NCBI GenBank assembly: GCA_029953675.1
Contig: JAMWBK010000001.1
Coordinates: forward strand, 372,001 to 436,000
Direction: 5' to 3'
Source of the DNA: Rhodosorus marinus CCMP1338
Taxonomy: Eukaryota > Plantae > Rhodophyta
Length of the DNA stretch: 64,000 nucleotides
Shown here: positions 1-11,543 of the stretch, piece after piece
Layout of the letters: every line of letters begins with the position of its first letter
How positions within the stretch are numbered: the first letter of the stretch is position 1
Made by a program: the position numbers and the translations under genes
Notes under the pieces: model-generated
Seen by the model: only the letters and a program-made list of their open reading frames with translations
What the model was told of the DNA's origin: nothing
Databases searched by the model: none

Positions 1-1240
1 ACACAAAAGTCAATTTTCCCAAACTCCCACTCTTTTTACTTCTCCCCTCCCCCCCCTAAAAAAGTGAAAAAAGTGCCGGAGTGAATATATTATCATATCT
101 ATAGACATTATAAAACTTTCCTCCGGAAGAGCCCTAATCACCCTCGATAGACGAACTAATTTTAAATTAGTGTAGTTTTGGACATAACATGGGCACTGCG
201 ATCAGCAGATTATTATCTTATTTATACTAAGATTAAATTACTCGGTTTTTAGGTGGGAAAAAAAGATGTTTGCTTCGGTTAAGTTTTAAATATGTAGTAA
301 ACAGATAAGAAAATATGTGGAGCTTGGTCTTTTTTGGAGGACGATGGTGAAGGTGCTTATGCATGTCATCAGGAAACAATGGAGGGCTTTGTCATGATCT
401 CTTACCCCTCTCCGTTTGTTGGGACGTACAAGGAATATTTACCATATACATTAAAAAATTGAAGTAGGTTGTCCTTTGGATGCACTTTTTTTTGTACGGG
501 TAAGTAGGACGTAAGTTATTGACGGATAGGCTATCTTGGTGAAGCGTTTTAGGTTGGCAGATGAGACGATGATGGAAAAAGGTAGGGCAGGGGGGGGTTC
601 CAGGGGTTACGTTAGTCTGGAAGAAGTATCAGTGTGTGAATGGGAAATAAATACCGTTTTAGGTCTTCATTTTCTGAGCAATTTTTTTTGAGGGTGGCAT
701 GGGATTTCGTGGATAGGATTCTGGTTTACACTTGCGCGGAAGGAAGTTGCATGTGGTGGTCGTAGTGAAGAGCAACAGCGATTTGAGCTGTTGGCTCTGG
801 GCTGGTGAAGCCTTTGAGCGTTTCTCAGGTGGCGTTTTTGTTCTTTAGTAGCGCCGTCTTCCCGGATTTGGGGAGGGCGTGTTCGGTAGCGTCCTTGAAA
901 AGATTTGTGTAGGTTTGTTGCTATCCATAACCAATATGCACCGGAGATGCCAATCTAATAAGTAAGGAGACACCCCGGTCCAACCTGGAGCGAGGCTGGG
1001 GACATCGTTTCAGAATGATTGTCTCAGTCCTATCTCCCGTTCCAGAGCGATGCTCTTCATTAGATCGCAAGCGACGGTTCAAAGTACGCTACCCGCATGA
1101 CTAGTTGGCCTTCTGTACATCATGGCATTTTGTGGTTGCAGGTCGTGCCAAAAGCACATATTCAGTAATTCTCCAGCTCGGTATCAGCCAGACACCGCTC
1201 CAATTCTCGGTGGAACGAAACCGTCGAAATGCAGTCCGGC

Positions 1241-2144
1241 TTATACTTCCTGGAGCTTGCTTAGTGAAACATAAACCATTGCTGAAGCAGAAATGAGTGT
1301 CCCCAGGATAGCCAGCCCAGTCGCTCCCTCGCGCCTAATACGATCTTCGAGAATGTCCATCAATGATATTGCAGGCCTGTACTTGTCGTTGAAACTCAGC
1401 AACTGCTTCAGGCACCTTCGTGACTCCTGCAGCATTTGAGGTGAGGAAAATATGATCTCAGCCATTAATTGGTACGGAATACATGAATTTGAGTTCTTAC
1501 ATAGAGGTTATCCAGTCGATAATAGCCAACCGCGCAGTAGTACAAGCAATCTGCCGGTCTGTAGTGATCGAAGCTAAGCCCTGAAAGGTATAAGAGTGAA
1601 GATTAGGCAGAGTCATATACAATCAAAAAGTTGTTCGTTGATCCTCTACCTCGAAGCAGAGCGACTCCTTTCTTTATATGGGCTCGGGACTGGGATTTTA
1701 CCAATGCCCAAGCGTAATTGAACTTTGCTCCTGGTGCAGGTCGGTTCTTCGCACATTCCTTCAGATAGTCCTCCTCGAAGGCCTGAAGGATAAAGTCAAA
1801 CATAGACGGTTGAGCTAAAAAACGCTATGCTAGGAGACATTTACTGTTCCTACCTGCAGGCTCTGATGTAAATGAAACACGTTTTTCGGAGCATCATCGG
1901 GTTCGTCTGCAGCCTCTGTCGGTGCTATCTTCGGGATCGGTGAACACATGAGCCCGCTGGCCCTCACAGAGTTCTCCAACATTAAGTCATAATCCAGCTG
2001 ACTGGACATATCCATGGCTTCCATCGCTTCCAAAACAGCTCTACAGCTTCTATGATACTCTGTCAAGCCGCTTTCAGGCGACCTTCCTTCCCAACCACCG
2101 GCGAAGGTACCCAAGTCGTCAATTACCGACTTCTCCAAGGACAT
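1241..2144 (-). CDS. FIS1: Mitochondrial/peroxisomal fission protein Fis1 (4 exons, C-terminal tail anchor)
   Basis: Spliced translation gives FNYAWALVKSQSRAHIKKGVALL, DCLYYCAVGYYRLDNLY and a C-terminal hydrophobic anchor GLAILGTLISASAMVYVSLSK. Intron 1783-1853 (GT..AG) confirmed by eye. Confidence 0.88.
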
Positions 2145-2959
2145 TCTCAACCCATTCTGTTTTTTGTTGTTTTTTTTGTTGTCACAACGTACACCATTGG
2201 AAAACATAAAAATACGGAAGAAAATAATTCAATCTATATATCAGTCATTATTATCAATCTTTTTTAATCGATATTTTACGTTCTAAGTGTTTTTATATTG
2301 ACAAACAATCTCTCGATAAATTTCTATTTTATGGGATTATTTTGAAGAATCTCGCGTTATTGAAAATAGAAAATATTTTATTTTGCTTAATATTTGAATG
2401 TTTGAAATTCATGCCGTTACGGGATCCCGGTGATTTTCTTGATTTGTTTTTTTTTAAAGAAATGGATTGTTGGGTTCTTTTCGGGATGGGAAGGTCCGAC
2501 GTGCACTGGTACGATTCTTGGGGAATTGGCGATGGTGTCGATGATGGTGTTGTTGCTGGAATGCAGGGCTTAGCTTGAGAGAAGAGCAGAGTCTTCTGAC
2601 TTTGTGACGAAATCTAGAGGTAAGAAAGGGAAATGAAACGTCGCAGATATGTTGGAGTGAAAAGTTTTCTGGTTGAAGTGATCCGCGAGCAGAGCGATAT
2701 TGAATCAAGCAGTTGAGATCTGAAAAGTAGTTGGATTACGTTGTCAGTCGAGGCAGGGCGTTCCTGGAAGTTGTTTTCTCCTTGTGGTTAAGGCGGAGGT
2801 GGCGGCGCGTTGCGAATAGGGAGGAGCGGCTAGCCGCAGATACTGGATTCAAGTGAAGGATTGAACTACGCCGTCGGCGGACTTTGGTCTAATGTTGGAA
2901 TAAACATTTGAGGTGACTATACTAGTCTCTCATCCCTGCACCAGTTCATCGGAGCGAGA

Positions 2960-4917
2960 ATGCTCAGGAAAGTTCTGGCTCCAAAGCGAGATAATCAGGG
3001 TCAGCCCTCGATACAAGCTATGGAGGGAGGGGAAAAAATCGCCACAAGGCCACCTTCAGGGGTGAGAAATGGAAAAGAAAACCACCCAGAAGACATTTCC
3101 CTTCCTGAGGATGTCCAAAGAAAAATGCACATATCGTACGACGAGAAGACGGGAAGCTATAGAGTACGTAAAAACCCATCCCGAAATTAACCAACACTGT
3201 TCTTTTAGCTAGATGACTCATTATTAAGATTCTTCTTCTTTTCTGTAAGGGAATCTCCGAGGTTTTAAAAGCGACCGGGTCCAGATCATCAATGACAGGG
3301 CGCGGTTCACTAGAGCCAGATACGAGTCAAGCTCCCGCTGCAGCTGTGAAACTTACAACACCTACCAAACGCAACCCGCGGTTGAAGAGGTTGAACAAAG
3401 TGTTTTCTAGAAAGAGTCCAGTGATCGGGTCTCCTATTCAGATTGCGCATACTGTTCACGTAAAGGTCGACTTGAGGAACAAATACGGCTTCACGGGCTT
3501 GCCAACTAAATGGGAAAAGCTTCTTGAAGACTCGGGAATTGACAGAGAAGAGGCTCTCGAAAATCCAAGGGACCTTATTGACGTGCTCAACTATTCTCGA
3601 GGCTCTTTTCCAAGGCTTCTCTACGAAGACGACGCTGAAAGCGAGGAGGAAGTGAACCCAGTGAATAGGCCCGCGGTTGCGGTGCCAAGGTCTCTTCTCT
3701 TCCTCGCGGAGCACCAAGAAGGTGACTTTATTGAGGAAGATCCCTACACGGCTTTTAAGGACATGCAAAAGATCGGAGAAGGTTTTGCTGGCTCGGTTTT
3801 TCGAGCGGTTGATCCACTCGGACGGGATGTTGCAGTGAAAAGGATCAAGGTGGGCTCCGAGGAGCAGCTCGAGATCGTCCGTATGGAAGTCAACATCATG
3901 AGTTCCATCAATCACAACTGCATTGTCGCTTGCTTCGGATCATACTTATGGGAGGATGTTGCTTGGATATCTATGGAGTACGTGGACGGTGGTTCTCTAG
4001 CTCAGCTCCTCAGGGAGCTTGACTACAACTCAAGTGGCTCGCTCAAGGAAGCACATATTGCGTACATAATCTCACAAGTCCTCTGCGTACGTGAATGCAC
4101 TGCAAGACCTATTTTACGGTGTTCTCGTTCGTTATGAATGGACCGAGCGGCGAGAGATTCTTCCCGCTACTGCATTGAGGACCTCGTGAATGCGCTCGAT
4201 AACGAATAAGCCAACAGAACTAGCTGACGCTATTCTTCAAAAACTGTGATTCTTTAAACAGGGGTTGGAAGCGTTGCACCAAAATCGATGTGTCCATAGA
4301 GATGTTAAGTCTGACAACACGCTGTTGGGAGCCGATGGAACCGTTAAGCTTGGAGACTTTGGATTCTGCGCTGAGCTCTCAGATGGTCGTTCGAAGAGGA
4401 ACTCGGTGGTCGGAACACCGTGTTGGATGGCGCCCGAGGTCATTGGTGGGGAAAACTACGATACTAAGGCAGATGTGTGGAGTGCCGGAATTCTTACGCT
4501 CGAGTGTGCAGAAGGAAACCCACCATATTATAGAGAGGATCCTCTTCGTGCGATGTTCATGATCAAGACCAAGGGACCCCCTCCCCTGCAAGATCCAGAG
4601 CGGTAAGCTCAGTCAAATCCAGCACCTTGGGAAGCTTGTCTTTTACTGAAGCGTACGGGTGCTACTTTCCTTCAAATAGATGGTCTGAAGAATTTACCGA
4701 TTTCCTCACGAAATGTATGGCAAAAGAAGCCACAGAGCGATGGACTGCGACGCAGTTGCTGGAGCACCCGTTCTTGGATACGGCTTGCAGCAGAGTGGAG
4801 TTTTGTGAATTGGTCCAGTGCGCTTTAGAAGAACGGGAACTGGAAAAGACCCAGTTCGAAAACGAGTCTGCACTCGATTTTCTTAATGGCGGATCTGATA
4901 TTTCAGAGTTCCGATAA
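2960..4917 (+). CDS. STE20: PAK/STE20-family Ser/Thr kinase with N-terminal CRIB (p21-binding) domain, 4 exons
   Basis: CRIB-like IGSPIQIAHTVHV...GFTGLPTKWEKLL, then kinase motifs IGEGFAGSV, VAVK, HRDVKSDN, DFG, VGTPCWMAPE. Introns near 3166-3249, 4087-4261 and 4603-4677. Confidence 0.92.
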
Positions 4918-5030
4918 CACTACTGACTTGTAAAAAAGGGACACTTGAACCCCTTTGTTCTCGGGGCTTCTGGAATCGTATATCTAATTTGCGCGATTCA
5001 CCTTGGTCGAGACCCGATTATAGAGCACCA

Positions 5031-7363
5031 TTACTGACTGGGAGGACGGCGCTTGTCAATCTCACAAGCTATGGCAGAAATGAAAGCTTTCAGAGGTGCC
5101 ACGAACGATCGTTAGCGCCCACGTGGTTCACGGTGTTTCTGCTTCGTGCTACTATGCTTTACCCGCGAACCCTTCTTGTCGGATGGACCACTGAAAGACT
5201 TCTCTGGTGTCCCACCCGCTGACTGTCGGAGGCTTCGAGCGTCGCAGAGTGGGTGCCCTGGTCGCCAGATTCGCCAGTTTAACGTGCACAGAAGCAGTTA
5301 CTCGACCTGGTAGCGTTTCAACCTTGGAATTTGCAGTCACAGGCGTTGATCCCTGTTGCGCTGGCTGATCCTGCGGCGGCTTGCAGCCGTGGGTGGAATG
5401 GCTGAGCTTCGACTGATCGATTTGACGTATAACGTCATGTGCAGATTGGGCAGCCGGTTTATAGTTGGTGGGATGGCTTGGAGATGGGTTTTCTCGAACT
5501 GGCTTCTCCACTAGATTTTCTGCCGGGTCTGGACCTTGGACAAACTTGGAAACTCTGATCTTGTCATCTGTGTTGCTTGTGGGACCTGGCGCGCCTCTCA
5601 GAATTGTTACCGGGTCACTTGCGCAGGTGTCTCCCCGGGCCATGCTGGATAACACCCCTTGACTGTGATTCCGTTGGTCCTGCGCATGCTCAGGAACGCT
5701 GGTACTCGGATTGTACAAGCTTGTGGACCCAAGTGCAACCTTCGAGGAGCCGCTTGTTAGGAGATATGTGGATGAGTTTCCTACACAGCTCCCTGCGAAC
5801 AGCCCGGAGCTGGGAGTTCCGCTCAGAGCGTGTGAAGAACCAAACCCAGCTGCAGGGACTGCAACTGGCCGCACCGAAAGGATTTTGGATAGCTCTCCAG
5901 CTAGAGAAGCGGCGACTGTCTGGCTTAGTGCTTCGAGTACGAATTTGCCGAACTTCTTTCGAATCGGATTGAAGAAGAACGTTGTCCCCAACAGAGCTAC
6001 TTCATAACATCGGGCTGGATTCGTGTTGCGTTCGCTGTTCGAAAGGATCAGACGTTCATAGTTGGCCTTTCCACATTTCCGTCCCATGTCAGAAACGACG
6101 AGCTTCGCACCAATTTTGCTGTGATTGCGCAGCGCACAGTTTCCGGCCAAAAAAACGTCCCTTTCCCATCGCTTAGATCTCATCCAAGAGATCGAAACGC
6201 ATGGCCAGTTCCGTCCTTCAAGTTTGGTCATCAGCAAGAGCTCAATTGATATCCGAGCAAGACACCTGTCTGATTCTTCCCGTTCACTCCAAGTCTCTTC
6301 TCGAAAGATTGTCCACCTATCTCATTCAAGAGCAATGATCAATACGGAAACAAACTGTCATTCGCAGTGCAGGAACAGCCGGCCAACGAAGCACATAAGA
6401 CGACCTAAGCTACCGCAAGAACAAGGCCAAAAAAAAATTCACACAAAAGGCGAGCAGATCAGCCCTTCATCTGTCAAGTTGTCGAACGACAGAAGGCTAT
6501 GACTGCCAAGACTTTCCCTCCGTGAGTTCTCTATACGTCTATAGCCAGAATTCCTACCCACGAGTCTCATCTGTACTCCCTGTTCGTCGTCAAGACCATG
6601 ACTTTTTGTCAGTTCTTCTAGGACCAAGCCTAGCAGATCAGAAGCGCTTGCAGTTAGGTTGGTACCGCACCAGCTGGGAGATCACTATGTTCGGCCGAGA
6701 ACTCTAGTAGTAGGCAATCTTCGAGCACCTGAGGATCAAGGCTCTTCGAAAGAGTCCGGCCAAGAGTTTCCAACAGATGCTAGCAAGAAAGGCCTGTGCT
6801 TTCAACTATGGAGAATCCCGACCGCTGGAAGAAAAACAGACGAGCGCCAATGGTCCAGCGCATGAAGAACTGATCTTAGATCTTTCTCACTCGTCTGTTT
6901 TTCTTCCCAAAGCTGAATGTTCGTGCATCTTGGAGAGGTTGGCTTCGGGATTACCCCTGCCGGTACTGAGGTACGCTTTGTGCTGAGCTTTCCTCGGTGC
7001 AAACGTTGATGACTTGAATTCCACTATTGTGGATAGCGGTTGCGGATGATTTGTACCAATTGGTCTACGGGTGAGAAACATGGTTGGAAACCAACTGGAC
7101 TATCCCTAGCATGCAAAGTTAGAACGGGTCATGGGATTCAAAATATAATTGTCGAGAGCGAGGTGCTAAATGAATCCTCGCCATCTCCTTGCGCGGAAAA
7201 TCACGTTCAGAACAACCGCAGAATTGAATGCTTGAGATCCGCGCAACTTGACGTTGACAGAAGCTTAGGGTTTTCGGCCGGAGAACAGACGAGATGAGAT
7301 CGAGCAGGATACCGTCCTTGAAACGAATCACAGATGCGAGCGCTCTTACAGAGCTGTTGACAT
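5031..7363 (-). CDS. Multi-exon hypothetical protein; 5' exons unresolved
   Basis: 361-aa ORF 5152-6237, extendable upstream to a 3' splice site near 6315. Further exons have GT/CTAAC/AG signals at 6500-6780. A terminal exon ends at TAA 5031-5033. No family recognised. Confidence 0.45.
6827..6907. repeat. Perfect 18-bp inverted repeat with 45-nt spacer
   Basis: GGAAGAAAAACAGACGAG (6827-6844) is the exact reverse complement of CTCGTCTGTTTTTCTTCC (6890-6907). Confidence 0.95.
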
Positions 7364-7480
7364 TCTCGTGAAGCGCTGTTGTATCCTAGCGTAGGCTGAT
7401 GACTTCAGGAGTACTGTCAGGTTGCTCGTCTTTTTTATTTTAGTACATGGTAACGTCTTAATTTCTCTCATCGATTCTAT

Positions 7481-8359
7481 TTAGCTCTCCTGACCCTCGA
7501 TCTTGGGAGCAAGATAATATCGGACGTATCCGACGTCCTTGTCAATTGCGAACTCAATACGGATGGGGTACTCCTCGCTCATGGACAGGACCACGGTGTC
7601 GCTCAGTGCGGCAGCTTTGGCAAAAATGTTGAGGAACTTGAGCGAGAACGTGGACTTGACTGGTTCCACCATTGTAATCTTCACTCCGTCTTTGGGCTTG
7701 TCTACGGATGCGCTCTTCTGAAGGCAGATGTTTCCTGAACCAATATCGCCCTTCGTGCTGAAGCTTGCGCCGCCCTTGTTGATCTCGATTGTTACAGAAT
7801 CGCCCATGGTTGAGAGGTCACCCATAATCCTTCGAAACTCAGCGGAGGACATCTCTACTGTGCTCGTGTAGTCGGATTCAGGGATTCCGAGCATTTCTTG
7901 GTCGATGACCATCAATTTCAGCTGGAAATCAGAAATCCTGTCGTTTTTCTTCGATTCGAACAAAATGTCCATCGTGTTCGGCTCATTCTCATCTGCTTTC
8001 AACGTCACGCTGTCGTCCGAGGCCGCGCATTTCAAAACCTTCGCGAGCGAGTCAATCTTCACGCCAAGGGATACATTCCGCTCACATTGATACACTTCAA
8101 AACTCGAAGCTCGGACCATGAAGCAGACCAGCGATATATGTGAAGAATCCATTGACTGAAGCACGCAATAAGACAAGAACAGACAATCTAGTTCAGAACC
8201 ACCGAACGAGAAACTGCAAACCGCTGAGGAACACATCACACGTACCTGCATAACAATTCCATCATCGTTGCAGTCCCAGTTGGCCTCCTGTACAAGATCC
8301 CGAACACTGTCCAGGATCTTCTTCAGCACAGCCGACTCCTCCAGTCGAGCTTCAAACAT
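7481..8359 (-). CDS. PCNA: Proliferating cell nuclear antigen (2 exons; 90-nt intron 8156-8245)
   Basis: MFEARL..., MQ|SMDSSHISLV, CERNVSLGV, and C-terminal YYLAPKIE. Confidence 0.98.
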   Translation of the reverse strand: MFEARLEESAVLKKILDSVRDLVQEANWDCNDDGIVMQVRVMCSSAVCSFSFGGSELDCLFLSYCVLQSMDSSHISLVCFMVRASSFEVYQCERNVSLGVKIDSLAKVLKCAASDDSVTLKADENEPNTMDILFESKKNDRISDFQLKLMVIDQEMLGIPESDYTSTVEMSSAEFRRIMGDLSTMGDSVTIEINKGGASFSTKGDIGSGNICLQKSASVDKPKDGVKITMVEPVKSTFSLKFLNIFAKAAALSDTVVLSMSEEYPIRIEFAIDKDVGYVRYYLAPKIEGQES

Positions 8360-8569
8360 AATTTTTCTCCTTTCAGAAAAGAAAAGACAACAAAAAAAAC
8401 AAAAACTGCCTTCGTATTCCTCCCAAAAGAGACAACACAAGCTCTTCCTCTAACTCTTACAGAAACACTAACCTTGGAATCCCCCTTCCCCCAACCCCTC
8501 CCCAAAGAAGAAGCTGCCTAGCTTAATGGCGTGTATATAAAGACGGCATCCCCGCGCCAGCAACATCCA

Positions 8570-9183
8570 CGCGGGAAGAAGATCTGACAAATCTTGTCAC
8601 TTCACAATGTGTAAGAATCCGATACGTTCAGCAGCAGCACAAAATTAAAAGGTATTTAGTTCGACGGGACGAAGGTCACATGGAGATCTCTTTCCACAAC
8701 TTGGAGGGAGCGATGTGGTTTTTCCAGTTTCAGCAAAGTGTCCCGCGCATCCCCACTGCAGAAAGCAATGAAATTGGTAACGGTCCATGTGGTCCCATAC
8801 ATCATCCGGAACAGAAAACCAATATCCAGCCAGAGTCCGTTTAGGTCTAAAACAACGACAGAAATACAGATGAACCGAAAGAAAACAATTATTAAGCAAG
8901 GAGAGGGAAGTATTAGTTGGACAAAATTATGTTGGCTGCGGAACAGAAGGAATCCACCACCATCGTCCCCCACGCCATTTCGCGAAACGTACGATAGGCG
9001 TCCTCCCGCGTTTTCGCGGGAGGACGCCTAGTTCCTTTGTGTTCCCGCCAATATAACCGGACCCGAATCTCTATTTCCCGCCAAAATATCTGGTAGTGTT
9101 GAATATTTATTAAATATCCGTCGTTTGTAGACCAAACAGTAATCTGAGGATTTGGTGAGGTTTGGCGAAAAGTTGGCGGGAAG
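8570..9183. promoter_or_regulatory. Cluster of E2F/DP-like sites upstream of PCNA
   Basis: CGCGGGAA 8570-8577, TTTCGCGAAA 8978-8987, TTTTCGCGGGA 9011-9021, TTCCCGCC 9042-9049, TTTCCCGCCAAAA 9074-9086, TTGGCGGGAA 9174-9183. E2F control of PCNA is established in plants and animals. Confidence 0.7.
8995..9030. repeat. Perfect 16-bp palindrome with TTTT loop
   Basis: TAGGCGTCCTCCCGCG-TTTT-CGCGGGAGGACGCCTA. Confidence 0.95.
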
Positions 9184-9267
9184 GGATTGGCAAGAAGAAT
9201 GGGTGGGTTGGATGATCTGGTAGGGAGGTTGGTCTGGTTCGGCTTCGGGAATGTTTGGCGTTAAATA

Positions 9268-10466
9268 CTACGATTGGTTTTCTTGAGATTGACCCATGCT
9301 TTTCCAAATGCTGATTTGTTTCCCAGGCTTCTGCGGGTTCTCGTCGTCGGCGGAATCAGTACTCGGGCTGCTAGCTGAAATGTCCGGCTCAGCTTGCGTT
9401 TCGAAACACCTCTCTCCGTAAATAGTACAGAAGAGGTTCGCGTCTGGATGCACTGAGACGTCGCTCAAGCAGTCATCAGCGCACTGCGCTGGTTCCCATA
9501 GCTCTGACGTCTTCAGGTCGAAGCGCCGTAGGCAGCCTGATCGATCGCCGGAGTACAAATACGTTCCGCTTCGATCTATGTCGATTCCGATTCTCTGGTT
9601 GGAATCTGAAAGTCGCCCGAACGGCGAGATTTCGGAGTCGGTATTTCTGATATCCCAAACTGTTAATCGAGTAGCACGGATTAGAGGGACATCTGTGTGA
9701 TCTGTTGGGTTAAGCCGAGCGGAAATATCTCCTTACTGTGGATTACGTTATCACGACGACCGGCGACGAAAATTGTGTTGCCGTCTGGAGATCCACAGAT
9801 GTCAATAACGCCAGTTGAATTACATCCTAGTACCGCTGTGGGGCCCGCCTTCTGCATCGTTCTTGGGTCAAAGATGCCGACGGATCCGGAAAAGGATCCA
9901 ACGAGCATCAGATTTGACTCTCCCGGCATCCAAGAAATCGTAGATAAGACGCCTCGCAGTCCCCTGTGCTTACTTTTCTGACCGGTGGAGATCTCGATGC
10001 AGTCCCTTCCAGGACTACTGATGTCGAAGACCCTTATGAGAGATTCGAACCCACAGTAGAGCTTCTCTCCTGACGTAGGGAAAGACACGCTACAGGGTGC
10101 GCTGATTTCGTCCATCCGGTCGAAGCACCTGTAACTAGCGCGCAGGCTTCCAGAATATGCATCCCAAAGATGCACAGGAGTGTCTTTGCAGCAGGTCGCA
10201 AACACACAGGTCACAGCGTCCCAAGAGTTCATCAACGGATACCATGCCAAATCACGGACAGATTCGCTCTCAGAGAGCTTCACGGCAGGCTCCAGAGTTG
10301 CCATCTGCTGGGTTTCATACAGCTCAACAAAGCCGCCTTCTCCGCTTACAATAAAGCAGGATCCATCTGGGGACCATTCCGCACGTCTTGGCAGCTTCCT
10401 TTGCTCCTGGCTTGAAACCCCGATCTCCTTGAGCTCATCTCCCAAAGACCTCTCAGTCACCGTCAT
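9268..10466 (-). CDS. WRAP53: WD40 protein WRAP53/TCAB1 (telomerase Cajal body protein 1; Swt21-like), 2 exons
   Basis: Family-typical WSPDGS, WYPLMNSWDAVTCVFATCCKDTPVHLWDAYSGSLRASYR and LYCGFESLIRVFD. The second exon is in ORF 9268-9558. Confidence 0.85.
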
Positions 10467-11543
10467 CCTTCAGATTTTCGCTTCTAGATGCGTGCTCTGC
10501 AGGATCATCCTATGAAACCAGTCGTGCTCATGTGCCTAGCATCTCTACTGCAATCTCCTTCATCCAATAGGCTTCTACGGCCACCCAGGGCGTTCTACCT
10601 ATGTACAGCCCCCGAAAGTCTCTTCAGGAACCGGAGAGCCCTTCTCTCATCCTACAATGCTTTTGAAGTCTTCTCTACGAAACAAAACATTTGTTTTCCT
10701 CAGCATGTATCATCCTCCTGCACAAGCACATATCCTACGCCCAACTTCGAACGCCGTAAGCTTCGGAAGGAGTTTGGCAATGAGTGCTGCGCGTGGAAAC
10801 TAGGCACACATCTTAGACACGAAAAATCCTGAGTATTATTTGTGCTGATTCGATCTCTTGTACATATCGCATGTGTACAAATGGAAGTAGTTACTGCTGT
10901 CGTCTGCAACAGTTCTCACATAACCCAGTTTCAGGCATGGTTTTTTGGTACTGGATCTATGCCGCAGCGAGCTATCCAAGCAAAATAGCAATCTATTTCG
11001 GCGGACAGAGCCGCATGCGACAATGAAGAAGTGGGCCGCCGCTTCTCAGCGCTGAACGGGTACCTCACTGGTATCCATCGCATGATACACACTTTACTTC
11101 ATCAAAGCTCTGGCTAGCTCAGCTTTCGCTGACCGCATTGACCAACGTTGTAGGCTTCATGCTAGTTCTTCGCGCAACCGTTGCCAAATGACATTATCTT
11201 CACAACCAACTGTATGGTATCTCATCATTGATACGGTGCTTTTCACGACTAGATTCTTGTTCCGATTGCTAGTGACAACCTCAACAGAATATATTAGAGG
11301 TTAAAAAGGTAGATGAAGTCTTGGAACGCGGTTTCCAAAGACACAAGCTTGCAAACAGTCCCTTCTCCTCCCGCCCCGAAAACCTCTGCTGACTTCTGAG
11401 ATCGAGATATCTGAATTGGTGGAGAGGATGGATACGGTCGGGATTCCTGGTTACTGCGTTTCTGGATTATTTGAGTTTTGAAAGCCTTATCAGAGGTACT
11501 TTGCTAAGGTAGAATTCTTCCACGAAGAACGGCTGTTGGGCAA

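Noticed and set aside
3310-3915. Long antisense ORFs (also 35791-36525, 28260-28775, 51001-51402, 56926-57495, 63062-63442)
   Set aside because: They are shadows of well-supported genes on the opposite strand.
10500-11500. Possible telomerase RNA or scaRNA next to WRAP53
   Set aside because: This is a 1-kb gap without a clear CDS, but I found no template, H/ACA or CAB-box evidence; adjacency alone is not support.
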